Source of the DNA: an uncultured bacterium
Lineage (GTDB): Bacteria > Latescibacterota > UBA2968
NCBI GenBank assembly: GCA_964471275.1
Contig: CAYYGZ010000006.1
Location: 1-46,259 of the forward strand
Direction: 5' to 3'
Length of the DNA stretch: 46,259 bases
The position numbers were made by a program, and so were the translations under genes. Below, piece by piece: positions 29,044-38,704 of the stretch. Position 1 is the stretch's first letter. Each line of letters starts with the position of its first letter. The notes under the pieces were generated by a model, which saw only the letters and a list, made by a program, of their open reading frames with translations, did no database searches and was not told the DNA's origin.

Positions 29044-30009
29044 CTAGCGCTCACGATCCACGACGCTGTGGACTGCGAGCTTTAGTGCTTCGACAGCTTC
29101 TGAACCAGGAAGGCTCGTGAGGCCGCGTTCTGCCGAGGCCGCATAGGAACGCGCTTCTTCGCGCGCGCGCTCAATGCCACCGTACTGCTTGACAAAACTT
29201 TGGATTTCCTCCCAATCCTCATCCGAATCCAACCCTCTGTGAACTTTGGACCGAATTCCTTCCGCTTCACCGTTCTCGCAATTCTTGAGGGCACGGATGA
29301 TCGGGAGAGTCAGCTTCTTTTCCCGAACGTCATTTCCGACGGGCTTCCCGAGCGTTTCCTCATCCCCGACGAAATCGAGCAAGTCATCGGTGATCTGGAA
29401 CGCCATGCCCACATCGTTTCCGAAGGTGGACATCCTGTGTATCTCTTGTCGACTGCCGCCGCCAAGGATCGCGCCGACCTCACAGGCCAGTGCGTAGAGG
29501 GAGGCGGTCTTCTTGTCGATCATCGTGAAATAGATCGCGAGTTCACCGTCGCCGCCCTTCTCATCTTCCAGGATCTCTCCCTCGATCATCCGTCTGATCG
29601 CTCTTGTGGAAGCTTCCATAACCTCTATCGAGCCCAGCCCGACGAGCACTTCCATTGCCTTGACCAAGAGGAAATCCCCCATCAGGATCGCCGCGTGATT
29701 CCCCCATTTGATGTGCAGCCCGTCAGCCCCGCGTCGCATCGCTGCCGAATCGAGCACGTCATCGTGGATCAGCGTGCCCGTCTGCAGGATCTCGATTCCG
29801 ACAGCTGCGTCGATTGCGTCCTTTGAACATCTTCCGACGGCTTGCGCGGAAAGCAAGGACAAGGCAGGTCTGAAGTGCTTGCCCCGATTCTTACCGAGAT
29901 AGCGAGCCATCGTTTGGACTTTGCCGACATCTGAGTCGAGCGCCTTCTCCAAGCGTGCTTCGAATTCAGCAATCTGATCGGCTATAGGGGCAACGATCTG
30001 GTCGAACAT
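29044..30009 (-). CDS. Long-chain (hexa/hepta/octaprenyl-type) polyprenyl diphosphate synthase
   Basis: FARM motif LIHDDVLD and SARM motif DDLLD, plus GKHFRP. The ATG at 30009 gives the family-typical N-terminus. Product chain length cannot be read from the sequence. Confidence 0.85.
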   Translation of the reverse strand: MFDQIVAPIADQIAEFEARLEKALDSDVGKVQTMARYLGKNRGKHFRPALSLLSAQAVGRCSKDAIDAAVGIEILQTGTLIHDDVLDSAAMRRGADGLHIKWGNHAAILMGDFLLVKAMEVLVGLGSIEVMEASTRAIRRMIEGEILEDEKGGDGELAIYFTMIDKKTASLYALACEVGAILGGGSRQEIHRMSTFGNDVGMAFQITDDLLDFVGDEETLGKPVGNDVREKKLTLPIIRALKNCENGEAEGIRSKVHRGLDSDEDWEEIQSFVKQYGGIERAREEARSYAASAERGLTSLPGSEAVEALKLAVHSVVDRER

Positions 30010-30075
30010 GGTTCGGTTCTGACGTTCCTGGTTGCGAAATGCTTCAGATTTTGAATAGACCCGCAAAAGCGATTC

Positions 30076-30104
30076 AAGCTAACAAAAAGCAGGGGTTAAG
30101 TCAA
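30076..30104 (-). promoter_or_regulatory. Candidate sigma-70-type promoter for the polyprenyl synthase gene
   Basis: Minus strand TTGACT, 17 nt, TAGCTT, about 60 nt upstream of the ATG at 30009. Confidence 0.4.
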
Positions 30105-30153
30105 CTCTAAAGCCGGGCCATAGATTGGTCGCATCGCAACGGAAAACAAGAGT

Positions 30154-31008
30154 TTACGTCGACTTTCGGGTACTCAGAAGACGCGGTTTTCCGGCCCAAT
30201 CATTCAGGACGCCTGCCTTGCCAAATCCGTGAGTAGAGAAGAGATCGACAATCGGGTCTGGGTCGTGGCCTGGGAGTTCAACCACCACGTGGCCTCTGTC
30301 CGTGAGCAATCGAGACGTCTGCAGCGCCAGTGCGTGGTAGCTCGATGCGCCATCAGGCCCACCATCCAGGGCAAGAAGGGGCTCGTGATCACGGATCTCG
30401 GGTTCTAGTTTCTGTATGTCTGCGGATCTAATGTAGGGTGGGTTCGAGATGATCAGGTCGAACACCGAGGAACGGAAGGGGAGGGTGTGCAGGTCGGCTC
30501 GGAGCAGTTGTATGCGGCTGGTGACCTCGTTGGCCACGATGTTTCGCGAGGCGTGATCGAGCGCAGTTCCCGATACATCGATTGCGGTTACACGAGACGA
30601 CGGTAGTCGGGCGGCAATAGCGATCGCGATGGCTCCGGATCCTGTTCCCACGTCCAGAATTGTCCGGGTGTCAGGGGGCAGCGTCTCCAACACTGTTTCG
30701 ACGATCCACTCGGTCTCGGGTCTTGGAATCAGAACACCGGGAGCGACCCCTATTCTACAGCCACAGAACTCGACGTCACCCAGCACATACTGTAATGGTT
30801 CGCCTTCGCATCTGCGGTCTGCAGCGTCGTGGATATCTGCTGCGATGGCAGGAGCAACAGGTTGATCGGGGCTGACGTGGAGTTCTGCTTGGTCCAGACC
30901 GAGGAAGTGCGACACGATCCACTCGGCTTCCGCCTCGATGTTCTCGGTATCGCCGGCTGCGAGCGTGCTGCGCACGGCAGAGAGGGTCTCTCGGGTCGTC
31001 ATTTCCAT
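30154..31008 (-). CDS. prmC: Peptide chain release factor N5-glutamine methyltransferase
   Basis: SAM motif DVGTGSGAIAI and catalytic NPPY. The start is set at ATG 31008 (or 31002) because the longer ORF would translate through the terminator at 31023-31060. Confidence 0.85.
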   Translation of the reverse strand: MEMTTRETLSAVRSTLAAGDTENIEAEAEWIVSHFLGLDQAELHVSPDQPVAPAIAADIHDAADRRCEGEPLQYVLGDVEFCGCRIGVAPGVLIPRPETEWIVETVLETLPPDTRTILDVGTGSGAIAIAIAARLPSSRVTAIDVSGTALDHASRNIVANEVTSRIQLLRADLHTLPFRSSVFDLIISNPPYIRSADIQKLEPEIRDHEPLLALDGGPDGASSYHALALQTSRLLTDRGHVVVELPGHDPDPIVDLFSTHGFGKAGVLNDWAGKPRLLSTRKST

Positions 31009-31022
31009 CACGTGAGTAGGCC

Positions 31023-31060
31023 AAAAAAAATAGGCCACCGGCACGTGTCTGTCGGTGGCC
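31023..31060 (-). terminator. Rho-independent terminator between prfA and prmC
   Basis: Minus strand GGCCACCG, 12-nt loop, CGGTGGCC, followed by TATTTTTTTT (plus-strand A8 at 31023-31030). Confidence 0.75.
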
Positions 31061-31085
31061 CCGAAGACAGCGTGTTCGATCGCCG

Positions 31086-32162
31086 CTATGCCGGTTCTGT
31101 TACGCCCCTGAGCTGCTCCGTCTGTTCGGCCAGTCTGAGCGCCTCCACCATCTCGGTGAGGTCACCGTTCAGGATTTCTTCCAATCTGTGCAGCGTCAAT
31201 TTGATCCGGTGATCCGTTACGCGGCCCTGCGGGAAGTTGTAGGTGCGGATCTTCGCGCTTCGATCGCCACTTCCAACCTGCTGTTTTCGATGGGCTGATT
31301 CCTTGGCCTGTTGCTCCTGGACAGCGATGTCGTAGAGGCGTGACCGAAGAACCTTCATGGCCTTTGCCCGATTCTTGTGCTGCGACTTCTCGTCCTGAAT
31401 CTGGACGACGATTCCAGACGGCAGATGGGTGATTCGCACGGCCGAATCCGTTGTGTTTACGCTCTGGCCGCCCGGCCCCGACGATCGGTATACATCGATC
31501 TTCAGGTCGTTCTGGTCGATCTCGATGTCCACATCCTCGGCCTCAGGCAACACGGCGACCGTTGCCGTCGAGGTGTGGATGCGGCCGCTCGATTCTGTCT
31601 CCGGTATCCGCTGAACGCGATGGACGCCACTTTCGTATTTCGTGTGTCTGAACACGTCTTTTCCCGTGATCAGAAAGATGACTTCCTTGAATCCGCCAAT
31701 GCCTGTCGCATTCGAGCCCAGTGTCTCAACCTTCGCGCTGATCGATTCCGCAAACTTCGTGTACATCCGGAACAGATCCGCGGCGAAGAGGGCCGCCTCA
31801 TCTCCTCCCGCACCCGCGCGTATTTCGACAATCGTATTCTTACTGTCTTTCGGGTCACGCGGGAGCATAAGAACCTTCAGATGTGCGGCCATTTCGGCCT
31901 CTTTATCCGTCAGGTCGTCAAGCTCCAGCGAAGCCATTTCCTTCAGTTCGTCGTCGTCCGAGTCGTTCAGAATTTCCTGCGCCTCAGATAGCCCTTGCGC
32001 GACCTCACGATATTCCCTGTAGGTTCTGACCAATTCCTCGAGTCCGCTCTGCTCAGTGGACAGGTCCCGGATCATGGCCGGATTTGTGGCCACCTCCTGG
32101 CGAGACATCTCTACAGAGATCTCTTCGTATCGTTTCTCAACATCCTCAAGCTGTTCAAACAC
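31086..32162 (-). CDS. prfA: Peptide chain release factor 1
   Basis: RF1-type PxT tripeptide context [14 protein letters not shown] and the GGQ motif [14 protein letters not shown] start. Confidence 0.95.
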   Translation of the reverse strand: MFEQLEDVEKRYEEISVEMSRQEVATNPAMIRDLSTEQSGLEELVRTYREYREVAQGLSEAQEILNDSDDDELKEMASLELDDLTDKEAEMAAHLKVLMLPRDPKDSKNTIVEIRAGAGGDEAALFAADLFRMYTKFAESISAKVETLGSNATGIGGFKEVIFLITGKDVFRHTKYESGVHRVQRIPETESSGRIHTSTATVAVLPEAEDVDIEIDQNDLKIDVYRSSGPGGQSVNTTDSAVRITHLPSGIVVQIQDEKSQHKNRAKAMKVLRSRLYDIAVQEQQAKESAHRKQQVGSGDRSAKIRTYNFPQGRVTDHRIKLTLHRLEEILNGDLTEMVEALRLAEQTEQLRGVTEPA

Positions 32163-32221
32163 GTTGATGGCTCATTGTTTGAGTGACGTTTTCCGCGATT
32201 CTGCCGATTCACCGGGCCTTA

Positions 32222-32274
32222 CAAAAGGAAAGAGGTGGCCGAACAACCCGCATGCGGGCATCCTGCCACCTCTT
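32222..32274 (-). terminator. Rho-independent terminator after the L31 gene
   Basis: Minus strand AAGAGGTGGC ... GCCACCTCTT 10-bp stem enclosing an inner CCCGCATGCGGG hairpin, followed by TCCTTTTGT. Confidence 0.65.
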
Positions 32275-32291
32275 CTATCGTTCTTGTCGCG

Positions 32292-32687
32292 CTAACTGTC
32301 GGACGTTTCGGATCCTGCGGGCACCGTCTCGGTTTGTTTTTTGGCTTCCGCCGGTGCTGCCTCCGTCTGAGCCTCAGCTTCCGGGCCCTTCGCTGCAGGG
32401 GTGTCCGCCCCAGCGGCGTCTGTATCTGCTTCTCCGCCGCTGACGCCGTAGCGTCTGTTGTAGCGGTCGATCATACCGGCCGTATCGACAAGCTTCATCT
32501 TACCCGTGTAGAACGGGTGAGAGGCCGAACTGATCTCGAGACGGATGAGCGGGTAGCTGTTTCCGTCCTCCCACTCGGTAGTTTCTTCCGACGTGCGCGT
32601 AGACTTGGTCAGGACCCGGTAAGGCGGATCGACGCTGGAGTCCATGAATACGACATCGTGGTAGTCTGGATGAATCTCTGGCTTCAT
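32292..32687 (-). CDS. rpmE: 50S ribosomal protein L31 type B (cysteine-free) with ~50-aa low-complexity C-terminal tail
   Basis: [14 protein letters not shown]...SHPFYTG...[14 protein letters not shown] is the L31 core, and the protein contains no Cys at all. AGGAG lies 8 nt upstream of the ATG. Confidence 0.85.
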   Translation of the reverse strand: MKPEIHPDYHDVVFMDSSVDPPYRVLTKSTRTSEETTEWEDGNSYPLIRLEISSASHPFYTGKMKLVDTAGMIDRYNRRYGVSGGEADTDAAGADTPAAKGPEAEAQTEAAPAEAKKQTETVPAGSETSDS

Positions 32688-32733
32688 CGGTTCTGCTCCT
32701 GATTATCTGAAAGACGATCCTGATAAGCGCTTC

Positions 32734-32762
32734 AATATACAGAAACCACGGTCTGGTGGCAA
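32734..32762 (-). promoter_or_regulatory. Candidate sigma-70-type promoter for the L31 gene
   Basis: Minus strand TTGCCA, 17 nt, TATATT, about 45 nt upstream of the ATG at 32687. Confidence 0.5.
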
Positions 32763-32791
32763 TTTATGTGCGCCACTGGTGATCTGACCTG

Positions 32792-34078
32792 CTAGAGCAC
32801 AGGCTCGCTCATAGAATTCAGGAAGTCTTCATTCGTATCCGTGTGCTGAATCCGTTCCTGCAGAAACTCCATCGCTTCCAACACCGGCATCTGGTTCAGC
32901 AGCTTGCGCATTATCCAGATCCGGTTCAACTCTTTCTCGCCGAGGAGCAGTTCTTCCTTACGCGTGCTGGATTCACTCACCGCGATCGCCGGGTATAGGC
33001 GACGCTGGCTCAAGCGTCGATCAAGTTTGAGTTCCATGTTACCCGTGCCCTTGAACTCCTCGAAGATGACGTCATCCATGCGGCTGCCAGTCTCGACCAG
33101 TGCCGTTGCAATGATTGTCAGGCTTCCGCCCTCCTCAATGTTTCGAGCGGCACCGAAGAATCGCTTGGGCCACTGCATGGCACTCGAATCGAGCCCACCC
33201 GTCAGGATGCGACCACTGTGCGGGACGACGGTGTTGTACGCTCTGGCCAAACGGGTGATGCTGTCCAGCAGAATGACAACATCCTGCTGGTGCTCAACCA
33301 GGCGTTTGGCCTTCTCGATCACCATATCAGCTACCTGGACGTGTCGTGTCGCCGGCTCGTCAAAAGTGGAACTGATGACCTCACCGTTTACCGACCGGAG
33401 CATGTCCGTGACTTCCTCCGGACGCTCGTCAATCAGGAGAACGATCAACGCGATCTCCGGGTGATTCTTTGTGATCGCGTTCGCGATCTTCTGCAACAGC
33501 ATCGTCTTCCCCGTGAACGGTGGGGCGACGATCATACCCCGCTGACCTTTCCCTATCGGGGTGAGCATGTTCATGATTCTGGAGGACATTTCCTTCTTGT
33601 CATACTCCAGACCCAGCCGCTCGGTAGGATACAAAGGGGTCAAGTTGTCGAAGACTGTCTTCTGTTTTGCCTGCTCCGGATCGGTCAGGTTGACTGCTTC
33701 CACACGGATCAGGGCAAAATACTTCTCGTCGCCCTTCGGCGGGCGAATCTGACCCGAAATCGTGTCGCCTGTGCGCAGGTTGAAGCGCTTGATCTGGGAG
33801 TGGGAGACGTAAATGTCATCCGGTCCCGGGAGGTAGTTGTATTTTGGCGAACGCAGGAAACCGAACCCGTCTTCAAGTATTTCCAGGGTACCCTGGGCGA
33901 AGATCAGGCCGGATCGTTCGGTCTGTGCCTGCAGAATCGAGAAGATCAATTCCTGCTTACGCAAACTGCTGTATCCGTTAACGTTGAGTTTTCCGGCCAG
34001 CTTGTTGAGCTCGGGAATCTTCATCTCCTGGAGTTCCAGGATATCGAGTTTCTCCGGCTTTGCTTTTTCCGTGTCCAT
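32792..34078 (-). CDS. rho: Transcription termination factor Rho
   Basis: Rho N-terminal domain ([21 protein letters not shown]), cold-shock-like RNA-binding domain (EGFGFLR type: DGFGFLRS), Walker A PPFTGKT and a RecA-type ATPase core. Confidence 0.95.
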   Translation of the reverse strand: MDTEKAKPEKLDILELQEMKIPELNKLAGKLNVNGYSSLRKQELIFSILQAQTERSGLIFAQGTLEILEDGFGFLRSPKYNYLPGPDDIYVSHSQIKRFNLRTGDTISGQIRPPKGDEKYFALIRVEAVNLTDPEQAKQKTVFDNLTPLYPTERLGLEYDKKEMSSRIMNMLTPIGKGQRGMIVAPPFTGKTMLLQKIANAITKNHPEIALIVLLIDERPEEVTDMLRSVNGEVISSTFDEPATRHVQVADMVIEKAKRLVEHQQDVVILLDSITRLARAYNTVVPHSGRILTGGLDSSAMQWPKRFFGAARNIEEGGSLTIIATALVETGSRMDDVIFEEFKGTGNMELKLDRRLSQRRLYPAIAVSESSTRKEELLLGEKELNRIWIMRKLLNQMPVLEAMEFLQERIQHTDTNEDFLNSMSEPVL

Positions 34079-34416
34079 GTAGGCTGGGTGTCCCTCCCGT
34101 GAGGATGGATAGGGTCACGCGTGATTCAGGCAGAGGCCTTTACGCAACGTGACGGCTGTGTTCTGGTGGAAGATGATCTTAAGGATGTATTCGGAATTCA
34201 GCTTTGCTCAGGGGATGCCAGGATCGATTTGGTCGTCGCGAGAGGCTTTTGTGTGAGATCAGCTAGAAAGGGGCGCTCGTACTGTAACAACCCAGGGATT
34301 TTTTCTGAGTGCGGCGCGGGATTGTCTGACAGGAAAATGGTTGGTTCTCAGGAAGATTGTCTTGAACAGCGACAATCCTTACAGCACGTATACAAAAAGC
34401 AATCCGGGCCCTTCTG

Positions 34417-37107
34417 TCAAGTCCTTTTTTGCGTATCGGCTAGTTTTTCAAGGAGCTTAGCGCGGATTGTGTCGATGTCCGTACTGTTCTGAACCTTGCC
34501 GGATACCTTGTGTCGAACGTAGAACGCATCGATCGCCCGATCCGCCTGGGTGCTGATTCTCGCTGTGCTTATGTCGAAATCAAAATCCGAGAGCGCTTCG
34601 GTGATCCTGAACAGGAGACCGACCTCGTCCCGCGCGAAGACGTCGATAACCGTGTACTGATCCGATATGTCGTTGTCGACGTGGATCTCTGTAGGGACGG
34701 TGTGGGTAGAACGCCTGCGTCGCGACCAACGCGCCTGATGTCTGTCGAAGAGTTCACGGATTTCGGTGGTTCCCTCGAGCACCGTGCCCAATTGACTACC
34801 GACCCGGCTTCTCCTCTTCGGTTCAACTTCTGAGATGCCGTCCGGGCAGGTCACCTGAAAGGTGTCGATCACGATCCCGTCCTCGCGTGTGTATGCCTGG
34901 GCGCTGAAGATGTTGAGATCGTTTGTGGCAAGGACTCCACAGATCTGGCTAAGTCGGTAGGGGAGGTCACGTGTACAGATGGTGACCTCGGAAAAGGCCC
35001 CCGACTCGGTGAATGAGACAGCGACCGAGGATGTTTCCAACTGAGCGATAAGGTCCAGATGCGCAGCGACCTCGTCGCCGCTGACCGTCTGGGCGTAGCG
35101 GATTGGGAGAGACCGGATGTGTGTTTCGATCGCTTCGCGGTCTGACCGACCTTCCAGTTCCTCGAGGATCTGAGGGATTGACTCTTCAAGCGCCCGATCC
35201 TGTTCGGTGCTCTCACTACCTGACAGAACGTGGAACGTCTTGATGAATAGCTCCCAGAGCAATTGCCCTTTCCACGCGCTCCAGGCCGTCTCTGTCACGC
35301 CCGAAAGATCCGCGTAGGTCAGCAGGCACAGCATCCGGAGATCGTCGACGGTCTGGAACTGCTTGGCGAAATCCGCGATCATCTCTTCGTCGCCCAGATC
35401 CCTGCGTTGCGAGATGTGCGACATGCTGAGGTGTTGAGCGACGAGGAGTTCGACGGATTTGATCTGGTTCTCGGGAAGACTGATGCGTTCGAGGAAGGTT
35501 CGACTCATACGTGCGCTCTCAACGCTGTGGTCTGTCCCACGACGCGCTTTTCCGACATCGTGCATGAGCAGAGCGATGTAGAGAAGCTCGCGTCTGGCAA
35601 GATCGTTGTAGAGCCGGCGGTACGGACGCAGATCGGCTGTAAGGTTAGGGCTCCGCCCCATACGCTCGAGATTCCGGATTGTGACTAGCGTGTGTTCATC
35701 CGCCGAATAAATGTGATACTGGTTGTATTGCACCAGGCAGGTAAGCCCACCAAATTCGGGTATGTATGCGCCGAGGACGCCCAGATCGTGCATACGTCGG
35801 AGTGTCAGTGCGACGTCGGAGGGGGAGCGCAGGATCTCCAGGAAGATGCGAGCGGCCCTGGGAGAGGAACGGAACGTGTCATCGATGAGGTGCAGGTTGT
35901 CCCGGATGGCCTGTTGTGCAGTGTGGTTGATCCGTGCGCCGAATCGTTGCGCATCCAGAAACAGGCTCAGGAGTCGGTGGGAGTCCTGTTCGAAGAACTT
36001 GCTTCGCCGCTTGGGGAGTTGGATCTGTTTGTGCGACAACATCGCACCGTCATCGAGGGGACGTCTGACGATCAGGTCGAGTGCCCGGTTTGCGACCGAC
36101 GTGTTACCAAGCTTCTCGCAGACAAGGTCAGTGAGCTGGTATACCGTGCGCGCGTGCGTGTAGTAGTCGCGCATGAATTGCTCAACGCCCATCTCGTGGT
36201 CGGTGTCCAGGTATCCGAGTCCCTCCGCAATCTGCGGTTGCAGATCGTGTTCGAGGATGTCGTGGCTCTTTCCGGTGCGGAAGTGGAGCTCGTTCCTGAC
36301 CCGGAGGACGTAGCCAAGCGCTTGCGTATAGTCCCGGTAGGCGCGTTTTGAGAGCAGGTGTTCGTCCAGGAAGCCCTGCGGAGCGGTCTTGTTCCGTTTG
36401 GCCATTAAGATCCACCCGGCCGTGTGTGCGTCGCGGAGACCCCCCGGATTTTCCTTGATGTTGGGCTCCTGCAGTTGGACCGATGAGCGAGTGATACGCC
36501 GCAAGCGCTCTTCAATCTTCTGCTTCACGAACCCTCGCGCCTTCCTGCCCGTGAACTGAGTCGTCATCACCGTTCGGAAGCGATCATACAGTACTGTGTC
36601 CCCCGCGAGGAAGCGGCTTTCGAGCATCGCCGTAAGCGACTCAACATCCTCCTGGCTCGCCTGCACGCAATCCGACACAGAGCGTGTGCTGTAGCCCACT
36701 TCGAAACGCAGATCCCACAGCGTATGGAGGATGGACCGGGTGAGGGCATCTCCCTTTTGTACCTGGTCGAACAGGAAGAGGAGATCGATGTCCGATTTGG
36801 GGTTGAGCTGCCCGCGGCCATAGCCACCGAGGGCGATGATGGCGTATCCCGTTCGCAGGGCGCGCGGGTGGGCAGCCCGGGCCTCCGCATACAGTGCCTG
36901 GATCAGCGTGTCGGCCGAAGCGGTAAGCTTCTCCACCACGGCGTGCCCATCGGCACCGGTCCAGTGCATTTCCCTTGCCTGATCCCACTGCGCGTCGACG
37001 TAGGTTCGGAGCGTCTTGATGCGGTCTGAGGTGTCGGTTTGCTTCAGGAGTAGTGCGAGAGTGGCAGTCTGCGGGGTGTCCTGTCTTGTCTCGTTGTTCT
37101 CGTTCAT
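34417..37107 (-). CDS. glnD: Bifunctional [protein-PII] uridylyltransferase/uridylyl-removing enzyme
   Basis: Nucleotidyltransferase motif ALGGYGRGQLNPKSDIDLLFLF, HD domain (LLMHDVGK) and two C-terminal ACT-like repeats. The ATG overlaps the glgC stop (ATGA). Confidence 0.9.
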   Translation of the reverse strand: MNENNETRQDTPQTATLALLLKQTDTSDRIKTLRTYVDAQWDQAREMHWTGADGHAVVEKLTASADTLIQALYAEARAAHPRALRTGYAIIALGGYGRGQLNPKSDIDLLFLFDQVQKGDALTRSILHTLWDLRFEVGYSTRSVSDCVQASQEDVESLTAMLESRFLAGDTVLYDRFRTVMTTQFTGRKARGFVKQKIEERLRRITRSSVQLQEPNIKENPGGLRDAHTAGWILMAKRNKTAPQGFLDEHLLSKRAYRDYTQALGYVLRVRNELHFRTGKSHDILEHDLQPQIAEGLGYLDTDHEMGVEQFMRDYYTHARTVYQLTDLVCEKLGNTSVANRALDLIVRRPLDDGAMLSHKQIQLPKRRSKFFEQDSHRLLSLFLDAQRFGARINHTAQQAIRDNLHLIDDTFRSSPRAARIFLEILRSPSDVALTLRRMHDLGVLGAYIPEFGGLTCLVQYNQYHIYSADEHTLVTIRNLERMGRSPNLTADLRPYRRLYNDLARRELLYIALLMHDVGKARRGTDHSVESARMSRTFLERISLPENQIKSVELLVAQHLSMSHISQRRDLGDEEMIADFAKQFQTVDDLRMLCLLTYADLSGVTETAWSAWKGQLLWELFIKTFHVLSGSESTEQDRALEESIPQILEELEGRSDREAIETHIRSLPIRYAQTVSGDEVAAHLDLIAQLETSSVAVSFTESGAFSEVTICTRDLPYRLSQICGVLATNDLNIFSAQAYTREDGIVIDTFQVTCPDGISEVEPKRRSRVGSQLGTVLEGTTEIRELFDRHQARWSRRRRSTHTVPTEIHVDNDISDQYTVIDVFARDEVGLLFRITEALSDFDFDISTARISTQADRAIDAFYVRHKVSGKVQNSTDIDTIRAKLLEKLADTQKRT

Positions 37108-38339
37108 CCTTGTAGCACGTAGCCTTTGGGGATAACGGCTATGCCACCATCCGTGACTTTGAACTGGGCCCGGTCTGCCTCGGGGTCTATTCCGATCCGG
37201 GCTCCCGCGGGAATGACGACGTCTTTATCGATGATGGCGTTCCGAATCTGAGCGTCCTGACCGATCCGCGTACATTCCATGACAATGGCCCCTTCGACGG
37301 ACGCACCCCGCTCGATCGTTACATTGTGAGAGAACACGCTCTTGGATACGGAACAGTCTTCGAATCGGCATCCACCCGAGGCGATGATGTCGCTCACCGA
37401 GTCCGTACCCGCCCTCGAGAAGAAGGTGACGGGGGGGGACGGGTCGTGGTAGCTGCGGATCGGCCACGAACCGTCGTGCAGGTTGAGGGGCGGGCAGCTG
37501 TCGAGTAGATCCATGTGACATTGCCAGTAGGCGTCGAGCTGGCCGATATCGCGCCAGTAGACATCGCTGCTGCGGTTGGAATCCGAGAAATTGTGGGCGT
37601 AGACCCGTCCCGTGGATACCAGATCGGGAATGATGTTCTTTCCGAAATCGTGCGCCGTGTCCCGTTTTGCATCCTCCGAAATCGCTCGGACAAGGACGTC
37701 TGTGTCGAACACGTAGACCCCCATCGAGGCGAGCGCCACGTTCGGGTTGTCCGGAGAAGGTCTTGGGGCCGATGGTTTTTCCTCAAAGCCGATGATCTTG
37801 CTGTTCGCATCCGCTTCGATCACACCCAGGGACGTGGCTTCGCTGATGGGCACATCGATACAGGCGATCGTGAGACCTGCGTTCGCCTGGCAGTGCGCCT
37901 CAATCATCCTTGCGTAATCCATCTTGTATACATGATCGCCCGAGACGATCAGGACACGCTCCGGTCTGTGTTCCTCGAGAAGAAAGGTGTTCTGGAGGAT
38001 TGCGTCGGCCGTGCCACGATACCAGTTGTCGGCCAACCGGTGCTGGGGAGGGAGCGTGAACACAAATTCTCCCAATTCCAGCGAAAGGATAGACCATCCA
38101 CTCTGTATATGACGATCGAGGGAGCTGGATCGATACTGGGTCAGGACATAGATCTGGCGCAATCCCGAGTTGATGCAGTTGGACAGCGTGAAGTCTACGA
38201 TGCGGTAGGTTCCACCGAAGGGCACGGCAGGTTTGGCCCGATCTCGCGTCAGCGGGAAGAGCCGTTCGCCCTGTCCACCGGCCAGGAGGAAGGTAAGCGT
38301 GCGACTCAGTCTGTCACGGTCCGTGTGGTCTGGTTCCAA
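37104..38339 (-). CDS. glgC: Glucose-1-phosphate adenylyltransferase (ADP-glucose pyrophosphorylase)
   Basis: LLAGGQGERLFPLTRDRAKPAVPFGGTYRIVDFTLSNCINSG closely matches the GlgC N-terminal signature, and a left-handed beta-helix forms the C-terminus. TTG start lies 2 nt after the receiver gene stop. Confidence 0.9.
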   Translation of the reverse strand: MEPDHTDRDRLSRTLTFLLAGGQGERLFPLTRDRAKPAVPFGGTYRIVDFTLSNCINSGLRQIYVLTQYRSSSLDRHIQSGWSILSLELGEFVFTLPPQHRLADNWYRGTADAILQNTFLLEEHRPERVLIVSGDHVYKMDYARMIEAHCQANAGLTIACIDVPISEATSLGVIEADANSKIIGFEEKPSAPRPSPDNPNVALASMGVYVFDTDVLVRAISEDAKRDTAHDFGKNIIPDLVSTGRVYAHNFSDSNRSSDVYWRDIGQLDAYWQCHMDLLDSCPPLNLHDGSWPIRSYHDPSPPVTFFSRAGTDSVSDIIASGGCRFEDCSVSKSVFSHNVTIERGASVEGAIVMECTRIGQDAQIRNAIIDKDVVIPAGARIGIDPEADRAQFKVTDGGIAVIPKGYVLQG

Positions 38340-38341
38340 GG

Positions 38342-38701
38342 CTACGCCCGCCTCTTGAGAACTTCATCGATTGTCGTCTTGAGTTCGGTCAGGTCCGAGG
38401 ATTTGACGACATAGGCATCGGCCGACCACGTCATGAAGTTGTCCTTGTAATTGCTGTAGGCCGTGTTGAGGATGACGGGCAGTTGGTTGTTCTTGCCGAG
38501 GATATGGCTCAACGCCTCGATCCCGTCCATGCCCGGCATCTGGATGTCGAGCACCAACAGATCCGGTGGATCGGACTCGACCCGGTCGATCGCGCTCTGC
38601 GCATCGTTCACGACATCTACATCGTATCCTTCATCCGACAGCTCCTGCTCGTAGAGCAGTGCCAGATTCTTGTCATCATCTGCGACTAACAATCGCGCCA
38701 T
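38342..38701 (-). CDS. Single-domain response regulator (CheY-like receiver)
   Basis: Acidic pocket VADDD, phospho-acceptor LDIQMPGMDG, and conserved T (NTAY) and K (VVKS). At 119 aa it has no output domain. The ATG lies 3 nt after the kinase stop. Confidence 0.85.
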   Translation of the reverse strand: MARLLVADDDKNLALLYEQELSDEGYDVDVVNDAQSAIDRVESDPPDLLVLDIQMPGMDGIEALSHILGKNNQLPVILNTAYSNYKDNFMTWSADAYVVKSSDLTELKTTIDEVLKRRA

Positions 38702-38704
38702 GGT

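Noticed and set aside
34206-34220. A sigma-54-like element on the minus strand in the rho leader (TGGCAT-N5-GAGCA).
   Set aside because: GG-N10-GC spacing is present, but the -12 region is GAGC instead of TTGC. No upstream activator-type repeats are nearby, and sigma-54 control of rho is biologically unlikely. It is probably a chance match.
34121-34492. A 123-aa plus-strand ORF in the glnD-rho spacer.
   Set aside because: It has no RBS, it overlaps the 3' end of glnD, its translation has no recognisable motif, and it is antisense to the rho leader. The region is better explained as untranslated leader.
37431-37438. 8-nt G/C homopolymers inside coding regions (C8 on the glgC coding strand at 37431-37438; G8 in proC at 15038-15045), considered as phase-variation tracts.
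   Set aside because: They encode Pro-Pro and Gly-Gly within housekeeping enzymes (the proC run lies in the GAGNMGGA dinucleotide-binding motif). The frames are intact, and nothing else suggests contingency loci. They are worth remembering only as possible sequencing-error hotspots.
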